Under the pieces are notes generated by a model. The model searched no databases, was not told the origin of the DNA, and saw only the letters and a list, made by a program, of their open reading frames with translations. A stretch of 64,000 nucleotides of DNA from Alphaproteobacteria bacterium. GTDB lineage: Bacteria > Pseudomonadota > Alphaproteobacteria > Rhizobiales > JAJFHR01. A program made the position numbers and the translations under genes. Of this stretch, positions 55,903 through 64,000 are shown one piece after another (positions within the stretch are counted from its first letter, which is position 1; each line of letters begins with the position of its first letter). The DNA lies in contig JAJRTY010000018.1 of assembly GCA_024278055.1 (NCBI GenBank), positions 1,072-65,071 of the forward strand, written 5' to 3'.

Positions 55903-56682
55903 ATGAGCTCCGGCACTAAAATCACGGCGTTGATAATGGCGGCGGCACGCGGCCCTGATGATCCAATGGCGCGCGCCTTCAAGGCAGAACACAAATGCCT
56001 GATTAAAATCAATGCTATCCCAATGCTGGTGCGTGTGGTCCAAACCCTGAAAGTAGTGCGGGAAATCGGCTCAATCGGTGTCTCCATAGACACCGGCGAA
56101 GTGCTCAGGGAAATCCCCGGGCGGGACCAGCTTGTTCTGTTCAAAAGCGCCGACAGCGCCCCCAAAAGCGTGGCTGCTGCCATCAGCCAGATGAACCAGC
56201 CTTTTCCGCTTCTGGTCACCACTGCCGACCACCCTCTGCTGACCCCGCAAATGGTGGAATATTTTCTCCGTCATGCCGAGGCCACCGGAGGCGATATCGT
56301 CGTTGGTCTGGCCGGTCGTACAGACGTTGAAAATGTTGACCGCACCGTCAAGCGAACCTATTTCAAGTTTCGCGACGGCGAATTCTCCGGCTGCAATCTA
56401 TTTTATCTCAGTTCCGAAAATGCAATGAATGCCGTACGTTTCTGGCATAAAGTTGACAAACAAAGAAAGCGTCCATTGGCGTTGGCCAGAATGTTCAATG
56501 TCGTTGTCTTGATCAAATATCTGCTCGGCCGATTGACCCTCAAAGATGGTCTTGAGAATATGTCAAAATTACTCAAGGTTCGCGCCGATGCCGTCATTCT
56601 GCCCTGGGGTGAAGCCGCAATAGACGTAGACAAGCCCGAAGACTACAAGCTGGTGACCAGGCTAATGAAAAAACGCCGTTAG
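55903..56682 (+). CDS. MobA-like nucleotidyltransferase (NTP_transf_3-type)
   Basis: ITALIMAAARG...LIKINAIPMLVRVV is the N-terminal nucleotide-binding pattern. TTADHPLL motif. Confidence 0.6.
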   Translation: MSSGTKITALIMAAARGPDDPMARAFKAEHKCLIKINAIPMLVRVVQTLKVVREIGSIGVSIDTGEVLREIPGRDQLVLFKSADSAPKSVAAAISQMNQPFPLLVTTADHPLLTPQMVEYFLRHAEATGGDIVVGLAGRTDVENVDRTVKRTYFKFRDGEFSGCNLFYLSSENAMNAVRFWHKVDKQRKRPLALARMFNVVVLIKYLLGRLTLKDGLENMSKLLKVRADAVILPWGEAAIDVDKPEDYKLVTRLMKKRR

Positions 56683-56684
56683 CT

Positions 56685-57467
56685 CTACCAGGTGGCAACC
56701 AGGTGCCTTGCCTGTTGTAAATCAGCGGGAAAATCAACTTCACACCACTCAATACCATCCACAGGTTGTGTCATGACGGTTACCTGTTTGGCTAAAGCGT
56801 TGATCACTGATAAATACCATTGCCGCAACCCGGTGGTCTCCATCATCGCTTCTTCAAGCGCTGCGCGATAAAGCATGGGACCTGTCCCGCGAAACAGCAG
56901 CATGCCAATGGATTCGGCATTTACCGTATCCACCGGCAGGGTTTTGCCGATTTCCGTCAATCGCGCACCATCCAGCATGACTTTCATATCGTCATTATCA
57001 TATTGTTGCTTGTGTGCGATCGCCACGGTAATGGGTGCATCAGGTGCTTTGAGAAGCTGTTCGACCATATTTGCCTGAAACAGATTGTCGCCATTGACTA
57101 AAATAAAATCCTGATCCATCTGATGGCGTGCCATCCAGCAACTGGCGAGGTTGTCAGCAACCCCAAAAAACGGATTAAACGTGGTTTTCAACACAACATC
57201 CGGCACAGTGTCACGCAATTGATCGAGCACTTCGTCAACCTGTATGGCACCGTAGCCGGTAATCACCACAATTTCACTGACGCCACAAGCAGCAAAGGCA
57301 TTTATCTGCCGCTCCAGCAAGCGACGCCCCCCTATATCCAGCAAACATTTTGGAATATCTTCTGTCAAAGGCAGGAGACGTTTACCCTGGCCCGCTGCCA
57401 AAATGACTACTTTCACAATACTCGACCTTTTTCGTATATATAGAACCCGGAACGCCTTCAATGACAT
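56685..57467 (-). CDS. sugar/alcohol-phosphate nucleotidyltransferase (LicC/IPCT-like)
   Basis: VVILAAGQGKRLLPLTEDIPKCLLDIGGRRLLERQ is the canonical G-x-G-t-R-L NTP-transferase signature. The likely true start is GTG 57416 (VKVVILAAG). Confidence 0.75.
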   Translation of the reverse strand: MSLKAFRVLYIRKRSSIVKVVILAAGQGKRLLPLTEDIPKCLLDIGGRRLLERQINAFAACGVSEIVVITGYGAIQVDEVLDQLRDTVPDVVLKTTFNPFFGVADNLASCWMARHQMDQDFILVNGDNLFQANMVEQLLKAPDAPITVAIAHKQQYDNDDMKVMLDGARLTEIGKTLPVDTVNAESIGMLLFRGTGPMLYRAALEEAMMETTGLRQWYLSVINALAKQVTVMTQPVDGIEWCEVDFPADLQQARHLVATW

Positions 57468-57531
57468 TTCAGTTTAGCTAAGTCAACAGCCCCCAACCCA
57501 TGGCTTCACAAGAAGATGCAGATGATACAAT

Positions 57532-58440
57532 ATGTTTTTATTAGCCCACCTTTCTGATGTTCACCTCGCCCCCCTGCCCCGGCCACAGTTGCGGCAGTTA
57601 TTGGGCAAACGCCTCAGTGGTTATCTGTCATGGCGTCACAACCGCCAGACAATGCACAGCCGAAACATAATCGACCTTATGGTCAGCGACATCAATAAAA
57701 CGAAACCCGATCACGTCGCTATTACCGGTGATCTGGTTAATATCGCTCTGGAAGCGGAGTTTTCTCAGGCGCAACGATGGCTCAAGGACTTCGGGCCCGG
57801 CAACTCGATCAGCCTTGTCCCCGGAAATCATGACGCTTATGTGCCGGTAACGCACAAAAAAGGAATGGGTCTCTGGGATTCTTACATGACCGGCAATATT
57901 CCAAATAAGCACCATACCCGCTGTTTTGCTGGTGATTTTCCCTATGTTCGCCGGTTTGATGACATTGCCCTGATTGGAGTTTCAACCGCTATTCCAACAT
58001 TGCCATTTGTTGCCGGTGGCCGCATCGGCAAAGATCAGCTCGATGCACTGGAAAACATTCTTCGTGATTTTGGTCAACAAAATCTGTGCCGGGTCATTAT
58101 GATCCATCACCCGCCACTGCCGGGACAGAACCGCTGGCGCAAGGCCTTGTGGGATGCGGAGGATTTCAAAGACGTTCTTGCACACTGCGGAGCTGAACTG
58201 GTCCTGCACGGTCATAACCACACCCATATGTTTCAAACCACACCCGGCCCCGAGGCAGCAATTCCAGTCTACGGTGTGCCTTCGGCATCCATGGTCACCA
58301 AAAAACACAAACCACCAGCATGTTATTATCTCTTTGAAATCGAAAAAAACCACCAGAACTGGTCCATAAGCGGCACCATGCGTACCCTGTCGCAGAATGA
58401 AGCCGGATTTGAATACGGCGGCCCTATACCCCAAGATTAA
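57532..58440 (+). CDS. calcineurin-like metallophosphoesterase
   Basis: LAHLSDVHL, ITGDLVN, VPGNHD, IMIHHPP and LHGHNHTH motifs. Confidence 0.85.
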   Translation: MFLLAHLSDVHLAPLPRPQLRQLLGKRLSGYLSWRHNRQTMHSRNIIDLMVSDINKTKPDHVAITGDLVNIALEAEFSQAQRWLKDFGPGNSISLVPGNHDAYVPVTHKKGMGLWDSYMTGNIPNKHHTRCFAGDFPYVRRFDDIALIGVSTAIPTLPFVAGGRIGKDQLDALENILRDFGQQNLCRVIMIHHPPLPGQNRWRKALWDAEDFKDVLAHCGAELVLHGHNHTHMFQTTPGPEAAIPVYGVPSASMVTKKHKPPACYYLFEIEKNHQNWSISGTMRTLSQNEAGFEYGGPIPQD

Positions 58441-58519
58441 ACCCAAACCCGATATCGACAGAATCTGAACACTTTCAACTGGCAATAAGCATTACTAAAA
58501 CTCGAAAGCGAGGCAAAAT

Positions 58520-58954
58520 ATGGCGAATGCCACCCAGCTTAAATTTGGCTACCCGAACACCCTGATCAAGGAATACGATCACTGGTGTGTCCTTTTGCGA
58601 CCGCTGCAACCAACGCTGGGCTCTCTTGTTCTTGTCTGTCTGGAGGACGAAACAGCTTTTGCGCAGATTTCGCAAGGTGCATTTAACGAGCTGAAAACTG
58701 TTACCCAAGAGATTGAGGCCGGTCTTGGAGCCTTTCGCAGCTTTGAAAAAATAAACTATATTATGCTGATGATGGTAGACCCCAACGTACATTTTCATGT
58801 ATTGCCACGCTATGGTTCTCTCCAAACGTTCAATGGATATGAATTTCCAGATGTAGGTTGGCCGGCAGCACCCGATTTAAGTGCCAACATTGATCTTGAT
58901 AACGGCCTCATGTCACCGCTATTGTCCGGGATTAAAGAATTTTGGCCCCGTTAG
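58520..58954 (+). CDS. HIT-like protein with an atypical histidine triad
   Basis: The fold pattern (CVLLRPLQPTLGSLVLV...) ends in NVHFHVLPRY. Only two of the three triad histidines are present. Confidence 0.45.
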   Translation: MANATQLKFGYPNTLIKEYDHWCVLLRPLQPTLGSLVLVCLEDETAFAQISQGAFNELKTVTQEIEAGLGAFRSFEKINYIMLMMVDPNVHFHVLPRYGSLQTFNGYEFPDVGWPAAPDLSANIDLDNGLMSPLLSGIKEFWPR

Positions 58955-58986
58955 AGCCAAATAAAGTAAGTGATCGTTAGTATTCT

Positions 58987-60201
58987 ATGTCCACCACAAC
59001 CAGCAAATACATCCTAGCCCAGGTGATGCCGCCAATGTTGAGCGCGGTTGGCATTGGTCTCGCATTGCTGCTGTCAGAACGTCTGGTTCGATTGCTCGAC
59101 CTTACCCTGGGCAAGAAAAAATCATTTAGCCTGATTTTTGAAATGCTGGCGTATCTTGCCCCGCATTATCTCGGCATCGCATTGCCGGGCGCTTTGTTTT
59201 TAGGCCTCCTGTTCGGCTTCAGCCGGTTGAGTAAAAACAGTGAGCTCGATGCATTTCTGGCCGCAGGATACGGCCTCCACCAGATTGCAAAACCGGTGAT
59301 AATCTTATCCTGTCTGCTTTCACTTGTTGCCATAATTATTTTTGGTTTTGTTCAGCCCCATTCGCGTTATCTTTATCGCGCCGTTGTTAATTCAATAAAA
59401 AGTGTCGATGTCTTCTACCTTGCCGAAGAAGGGGTTTTTATGCGGGTGGGAAAACGCACCTTCATTCTCGATGAACTCTCACGCGGCAACAACAAATTCA
59501 AACGTATTTTCATGTATGAAGATACCGGTGCCAAAGGCAGTGAAACCGTTACCGCATCGCAAGGCGCTCTTATTGAAATCAATGAGGACGACAGGCCGGT
59601 TTTAAGGCTTGAAGCCGGTCACAGATTGAAGATCAACGGTGAATACTGGACCCCCAAGGAAACAAAAAGGCCGGGGCACGACGTGGCTGAATTCAAAGTC
59701 ATCGACACCCCGCTTGGCGAAGTCAGCAAGGCAGCTTTTCGTATTCGCGGCGTAGACCAGCGCGAATTTACCATACCAGAACTATGGGGCGCTCTTTCCA
59801 AAAAGTCCGGGAAGATAACCGAAAACGCTCTTAATTCCGAGTTTTATCGTCGTATAATCCTCATAATGACGATATTGATATTACCGTTTCTGGCAATACC
59901 GTTTTCCATCGGACGACGACGGGATCATCGACCTTACCGCTTTGGCATCGTGCTGATTATTTTAATCGCCTACAATGAGATCATTGAGCAGGGCGCCCTG
60001 GCAATCAGGGTTGAAGGGGCATCCCCGTTTTTCGCCCTGTGGGTACCATATCTGGTTCTGGCAGCATTTTCATTCTGGCGGTTTTACCGCACCGCCATGT
60101 CGCTGACGCCCGACAGGCTGGAACTGGTGGTAGATGTTATTAACGATTATTTCCGCCAATTGTTTTCCCGCTTTAACAAAACGGCTGAGGAAAAACAATG
60201 A
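58987..60201 (+). CDS. lptF: LPS export ABC permease LptF
   Basis: YjgP/YjgQ-family pattern with N-terminal TM triplet, a periplasmic beta-jellyroll region and C-terminal TMs. Paired with and overlapping lptG. Confidence 0.8.
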   Translation: MSTTTSKYILAQVMPPMLSAVGIGLALLLSERLVRLLDLTLGKKKSFSLIFEMLAYLAPHYLGIALPGALFLGLLFGFSRLSKNSELDAFLAAGYGLHQIAKPVIILSCLLSLVAIIIFGFVQPHSRYLYRAVVNSIKSVDVFYLAEEGVFMRVGKRTFILDELSRGNNKFKRIFMYEDTGAKGSETVTASQGALIEINEDDRPVLRLEAGHRLKINGEYWTPKETKRPGHDVAEFKVIDTPLGEVSKAAFRIRGVDQREFTIPELWGALSKKSGKITENALNSEFYRRIILIMTILILPFLAIPFSIGRRRDHRPYRFGIVLIILIAYNEIIEQGALAIRVEGASPFFALWVPYLVLAAFSFWRFYRTAMSLTPDRLELVVDVINDYFRQLFSRFNKTAEEKQ

Positions 60202-61271
60202 CCACGCTTTCCCTGTTATTGTCAAAACTCTTCCTTTCCCGGTTTTTCATTATTCTTGCCGGCGTGACAATGTTTGTTCTCTCCCTCGATATTGTCACCT
60301 ATGCCGATGATATATTAATGGTCAACGATGGCAAACTGTCCGGCATCTGGTATTATGCCTTGTTACGTGCGCCCGGCATCGCCTCCCAGTTTATATTGAT
60401 TTCAATTTTGATAGCCCTGTTGTTAATGCTGACGGAAATCAGCAGAAACAGCGAACTTGTGGCAATCTGGGGCGCCGGCGTTTCCCAGTATCGTTTGCTG
60501 ATGGCCCTGATGCCGGTGGCGGTGGGCCTGGGGCTTTTTCATTTTGCCCTGGTGGACCGCGCAGTGCCGATGGCTGCACCTGTACTGAACCAATGGGCAA
60601 TCGGGGATTACAGCAGCAAAAAGCTTTCTGTTGGGTCTAAAGATCCAATCTGGATGCGCTCTGGCAAAGATATCATTCGCGCCGTATCAACCAATGTCTC
60701 CACCACCAAATTATCACAAGTCACGGTTTTTCGCCGCGATGGTGATGGTATTTTGCAGGAACAGATAATGGCCGATACCGCCGAACAACGCGGCCAGCGC
60801 TGGCTGTTGACAAATGTTACCATCTACAGCCGCGAGAACCTGCCGCCAACACAAGTCGATCAGATGATCTACACCGGCTTGATGCGACCGGCAGCAACGG
60901 GTGCGCGCAAGGGTGACCCGGAAGAAATGTCGATTGCTGATTTGTTATATTTCGTTGATAACTCAGGTTTTGGTCTTCGGCCGCCACATGTTTATTCCAC
61001 CTGGGTACAAAAACGTCTGGCCTCGCTTACCACCGGAATTTTAATGTTATTCATCGCCATTCCCCTGGCCCACCGGTTCAGGCGTGGGGGCGGCCTGGGT
61101 ATGTTGTTTGCCGCCGGTATCGGTATGGGATTTGGCTACTTTATCTTTGATGGCATAACGCTTACCATGGGTGAATTGGGGATTTTACCGCCATGGGCTG
61201 CAGGCTGGATGCCACCACTCATATTCACAGGTATTGCAGGATCGATTGCAATAAACTATGAGACCTTGTGA
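60198..61271 (+). CDS. lptG: LPS export ABC permease LptG
   Basis: Second YjgP/YjgQ-family paralogue, coupled to lptF by an ATGA overlap. Confidence 0.8.
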   Translation: MTTLSLLLSKLFLSRFFIILAGVTMFVLSLDIVTYADDILMVNDGKLSGIWYYALLRAPGIASQFILISILIALLLMLTEISRNSELVAIWGAGVSQYRLLMALMPVAVGLGLFHFALVDRAVPMAAPVLNQWAIGDYSSKKLSVGSKDPIWMRSGKDIIRAVSTNVSTTKLSQVTVFRRDGDGILQEQIMADTAEQRGQRWLLTNVTIYSRENLPPTQVDQMIYTGLMRPAATGARKGDPEEMSIADLLYFVDNSGFGLRPPHVYSTWVQKRLASLTTGILMLFIAIPLAHRFRRGGGLGMLFAAGIGMGFGYFIFDGITLTMGELGILPPWAAGWMPPLIFTGIAGSIAINYETL

Positions 61272-61310
61272 ACCACGTGGTACAAAGTGTAAAAGAAAGT
61301 TCAAAACAGT

Positions 61311-62507
61311 TTGACGAAAAGCTCTCAAAGTGTGGCAGAGGATAATATGCAATCTGCCCGCACCCCAGAAACAATAAGCCTTTGCATTCTCGGCAACAGC
61401 GATGTCGAACTGTGGGGCATGAGCCCGGCAACAAGAATTGAGCGGGCTTTTAGTCGCGCCGGCATCAAAAATACCATTGCCGAAAGTGACCTCATCGAAA
61501 ATACCGGACCGGTTATACTTGTGCGCGGGGATGCGGTTTTGGACGAGCCCCTGACCGGCCATCTGGCGGCATGTGAAAACCTGATGATTTTGGGCAATGG
61601 ATCAGGAAACCCTGTACCCGTTGCTGCCCATGTGAGTGCTGATAACGGCTGCAAAACCGCCGATGCCATTAAAAGTGAAGCAAAAACCGCGCTGTCCGGC
61701 GTTAAAATCCAGTCCCCCGGCGACATTGACGCCAATTACTGGAAGGCTTTGCGAAAACGTGAAACTCCATATGCTCTTGTAATCAATCATGAAAATTCAT
61801 CTGATGTACTATGGCGAATTTTCATGGGCACTTATAAAGGTGCCACAGATTTCATTACCAAGCACGTGTGGCCCCGTCCCGCTTACCACACCACCAAATT
61901 AATCGCCCCCATCGGCATCACACCTAATATGGTCACAAGCTTAAGTGCTGTCATGGTGGTTCTGGCATTTTTTCTGTTCATGCAGGGTAATTACGGCTGG
62001 GGTCTGGCGGCAGCCTGGATGATGACTTTCCTCGACACAGTTGATGGCAAACTTGCCCGCGTAACCCTGACATCAAGCCCATGGGGAAATGTCTTTGATC
62101 ATGGCATCGATTTGATTCACCCGCCCTTCTGGTATTGGGCCTGGGCGGCAGGCTTAAGCGTTGCCGGTACGGATTTCACCTCAAACACCATATACTGGTT
62201 ATTGGCAGTGATTATTGGCGGTTATGTTCTTCAGCGCCTGATTGAAGGTTTGGCCATTATGGCATTTGGTATAGAAATTCATATCTGGCGCCCTGTTGAT
62301 ACTTTCTTTCGCCAGATCACCGCACGGCGAAACCCCAATCTCGCCATTCTCACAATATCAGCAATCGCCGGACGCCCCGATTATGGTCTCTATGCAGTTG
62401 CCGCCTGGACCGCCTTATGCCTTGTTCTTCATAGTCTGCAGCTGGTACAGGCCTGGCAGGAAAAACGGAAAAACGGCACCCTGTCTTCCTGGTTAACCAA
62501 ACCCTAG
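61311..62507 (+). CDS. CDP-alcohol phosphatidyltransferase-family protein with an N-terminal soluble domain of about 190 aa
   Basis: Exact CAP motif D-x2-D-G-x2-A-R-x8-G-x3-D-x3-D in LDTVDGKLARVTLTSSPWGNVFDHGID, within a multi-TM C-terminal half. The N-terminal domain (ISLCILGNSDVELWGMSPATRIERAF) loosely resembles a degenerate nucleotidyltransferase fold. Confidence 0.8.
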   Translation: MTKSSQSVAEDNMQSARTPETISLCILGNSDVELWGMSPATRIERAFSRAGIKNTIAESDLIENTGPVILVRGDAVLDEPLTGHLAACENLMILGNGSGNPVPVAAHVSADNGCKTADAIKSEAKTALSGVKIQSPGDIDANYWKALRKRETPYALVINHENSSDVLWRIFMGTYKGATDFITKHVWPRPAYHTTKLIAPIGITPNMVTSLSAVMVVLAFFLFMQGNYGWGLAAAWMMTFLDTVDGKLARVTLTSSPWGNVFDHGIDLIHPPFWYWAWAAGLSVAGTDFTSNTIYWLLAVIIGGYVLQRLIEGLAIMAFGIEIHIWRPVDTFFRQITARRNPNLAILTISAIAGRPDYGLYAVAAWTALCLVLHSLQLVQAWQEKRKNGTLSSWLTKP

Positions 62508-62516
62508 AGACTGTCG

Positions 62517-63485
62517 ATGACAATTGGACTGATCATCAACCCAAAAGCCAGAACCTACCACCACTCCAAACGGGTGCGGAAAAGTCTAGATAAATTGTCG
62601 GCCTATGCTGAAACCGAATTTCTGGAAGATTTTGACACCCTGTCGCAGATAGTCTCGCGGCTGGCACAAAAACAATGTGACCACCTGGTCATTAGCGGTG
62701 GCGACGGTACCGTTCAGGCAGTCCTCACCCATCTGGCTGAAGGCAATCATTTCCAACACCAGCCAACGCTGATCCTGTTGCCCCATGGCACCACCAACAT
62801 GACCGCCAAGGATGCCGGCATTGCCTCACTGTCAAAATCCGACCGCCTCATTACAGCCATCGCCGGGCATGGCGTTTCCAGGTTGCCTGGTGAAATCGTA
62901 GAACGCCACACCATAAGAATAGCCAATCCAGGAAGCGGTATGCCCCTGCATGGCATGTATTTTGGCTGGGGCGCGGTCCACCGTGCCGTGCTCAAGTGCC
63001 AGAAAGATGTTCACGCCATGGGGTTCAGAGGCGACCTTGGTCCAGCCCTCACCCTTTTAGGCTCCTGGGTCTCACATTTGCTTGGGCGCACCGGCAGCGA
63101 TCCTGACCGGATCGTGCAGGGCTGCAAACTCTGTCTCGTAGCCGATGGCAAAACCAGAGTTGACAGTCAGCAGCTTCTGCTGTCCATCACCACCTTGGAG
63201 CACCTCATCGCCAATTGCAGACCGTTCTGGAACCAGAGTGAAAATGCGCTGAAAACCACGCTCATTGCCTATCCGGTACAAAAAACTCTGCGCATGTTAA
63301 TCCCGGTGCTTTATGGTGATAAACGCAGGAAAATCACCGAGCCGGGCTATGACAGTTTTTCGGCCCGCCAATTATCGTTTGAAACAACGAGCGATTGTAT
63401 ACTTGATGGTGAAGTTGTCACCGCACCTGAAGATGAGCCGCTGCAACTGTCGCTGGGTCCGCAATTCAGGTTTTTGAAGCTCTGA
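62517..63485 (+). CDS. diacylglycerol-kinase catalytic-domain (YegS/LCB5-like) lipid kinase
   Basis: HLVISGGDGTVQAVL (GGDGT motif). 322 aa and soluble. Confidence 0.75.
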   Translation: MTIGLIINPKARTYHHSKRVRKSLDKLSAYAETEFLEDFDTLSQIVSRLAQKQCDHLVISGGDGTVQAVLTHLAEGNHFQHQPTLILLPHGTTNMTAKDAGIASLSKSDRLITAIAGHGVSRLPGEIVERHTIRIANPGSGMPLHGMYFGWGAVHRAVLKCQKDVHAMGFRGDLGPALTLLGSWVSHLLGRTGSDPDRIVQGCKLCLVADGKTRVDSQQLLLSITTLEHLIANCRPFWNQSENALKTTLIAYPVQKTLRMLIPVLYGDKRRKITEPGYDSFSARQLSFETTSDCILDGEVVTAPEDEPLQLSLGPQFRFLKL

Positions 63486-63500
63486 TACAAATGGTCACCA

Positions 63501-64000
63501 ATGCAGAATAGTAAACTTCGCACCCTCATCGAAGCAACATCATCCAAACCTGTTGTAGCCGAGATTGAAGCCATCGCCGCCACTATACGCGCGCGCCATG
63601 AAATCTCGGTTTTGGCAATTCTCGGCTATGGCTCGTGTCTGCGCGGCGAACATGTCGCCGACACATTAGTTGATTTTTATGTCATTGTTGAAAATTACAG
63701 ATCAACCCACAAAAACATATTTTCCCGTATTGGCAACCGTCTATTGCCACCCAATGTCTATTATCAGGAATGTTCATATAACAATCAGATCATCCGCTGC
63801 AAATATGCCATTGTCTGCCTCACCCAGTTTGGTAAAAAAGTATCCCCGAACACCAAAAACCCCTATTTCTGGGCACGCTTTTGCCAGCCTGCCGCGTTGA
63901 TTTACGTCCGCGATGACACCACTAGAAACAGAATAATTGACGCTTTGATGACAGCCGTCACCACCACGTTGAGCGAAGCTGAAAAACTTGCACCTTCAGC
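63501..64000 (+). CDS. Tam41/Mmp37-like protein (possible CDP-diacylglycerol synthase), 3'-truncated by the window edge
   Basis: I translated by hand from ATG 63501 and found no stop to 64000. MQNSKLRTLIEATSSKPVVAEIEAIAATIRARHEISVLAILGYGSCLRGE...LVDFYVIVENY...LPPNVYYQECSYNNQIIRCKYAIVCLTQF...PYFWARFCQP. The pattern resembles the Tam41 nucleotidyltransferase fold as I recall it. This ORF is absent from the supplied track because it lacks a stop. Confidence 0.35.
   Translation, partial: MQNSKLRTLIEATSSKPVVAEIEAIAATIRARHEISVLAILGYGSCLRGEHVADTLVDFYVIVENYRSTHKNIFSRIGNRLLPPNVYYQECSYNNQIIRCKYAIVCLTQFGKKVSPNTKNPYFWARFCQPAALIYVRDDTTRNRIIDALMTAVTTTLSEAEKLAPS

Noticed and set aside
1-64000. Scan for CRISPR arrays, tRNA/rRNA/tmRNA genes, IS elements, integrases, prophage or classic defence-system genes
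   Set aside because: No spaced direct repeats, no cloverleaf-like intergenic segments and no transposase, integrase or nuclease-type ORFs were recognised. Intergenic regions are short, and the largest (50324-50775) is described separately.

Overview
This looks like a chromosomal, mostly core-genome segment of an alphaproteobacterium. I infer that from gene content and order, and GC looks roughly balanced by eye (not computed). The supporting gene sets are the petABC cytochrome bc1 operon, proC-ybjN-ubiK, lgt-midA-pgeF, prs-rplY-pth-ychF, lptFG, and a MoxR/DUF58/BatA-like operon. There are about 70 tightly packed protein genes, many translationally coupled. I saw no rRNA, tRNA, CRISPR array, transposase, integrase or phage genes. 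Four things stand out. (1) Five conserved genes are broken in the sequence as given. Four carry in-frame stops (a MarR regulator, midA-like, pgeF, hemF) and trmL has a 1-nt frameshift. Four of the five sit in two adjacent-gene pairs. (2) Three kinds of intergenic structured repeats occur: a perfect palindrome with 47-nt arms, a ~210-bp imperfect palindrome with 33-nt termini, and a REP-like family present in two copies, one ending in an 11-G tract. (3) A ParD/ParE-like toxin-antitoxin pair appears to have a truncated toxin. (4) The right-hand 12 kb is a co-localised envelope-lipid gene set. It comprises an LpxO-like hydroxylase, an MsbA-like exporter, an acyltransferase-like protein, two nucleotidyltransferases, a phosphoesterase, a HIT-like protein, LptFG, a CDP-alcohol phosphatidyltransferase, a DAG-kinase-fold lipid kinase and a Tam41/Mmp37-like protein. 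I could not assign this set to a described pathway. I found no convincing defence system. The lipid cluster and the pattern of disrupted genes are the best candidates for follow-up. All functional calls rest on motif recognition from the translated ORFs, without database searches.
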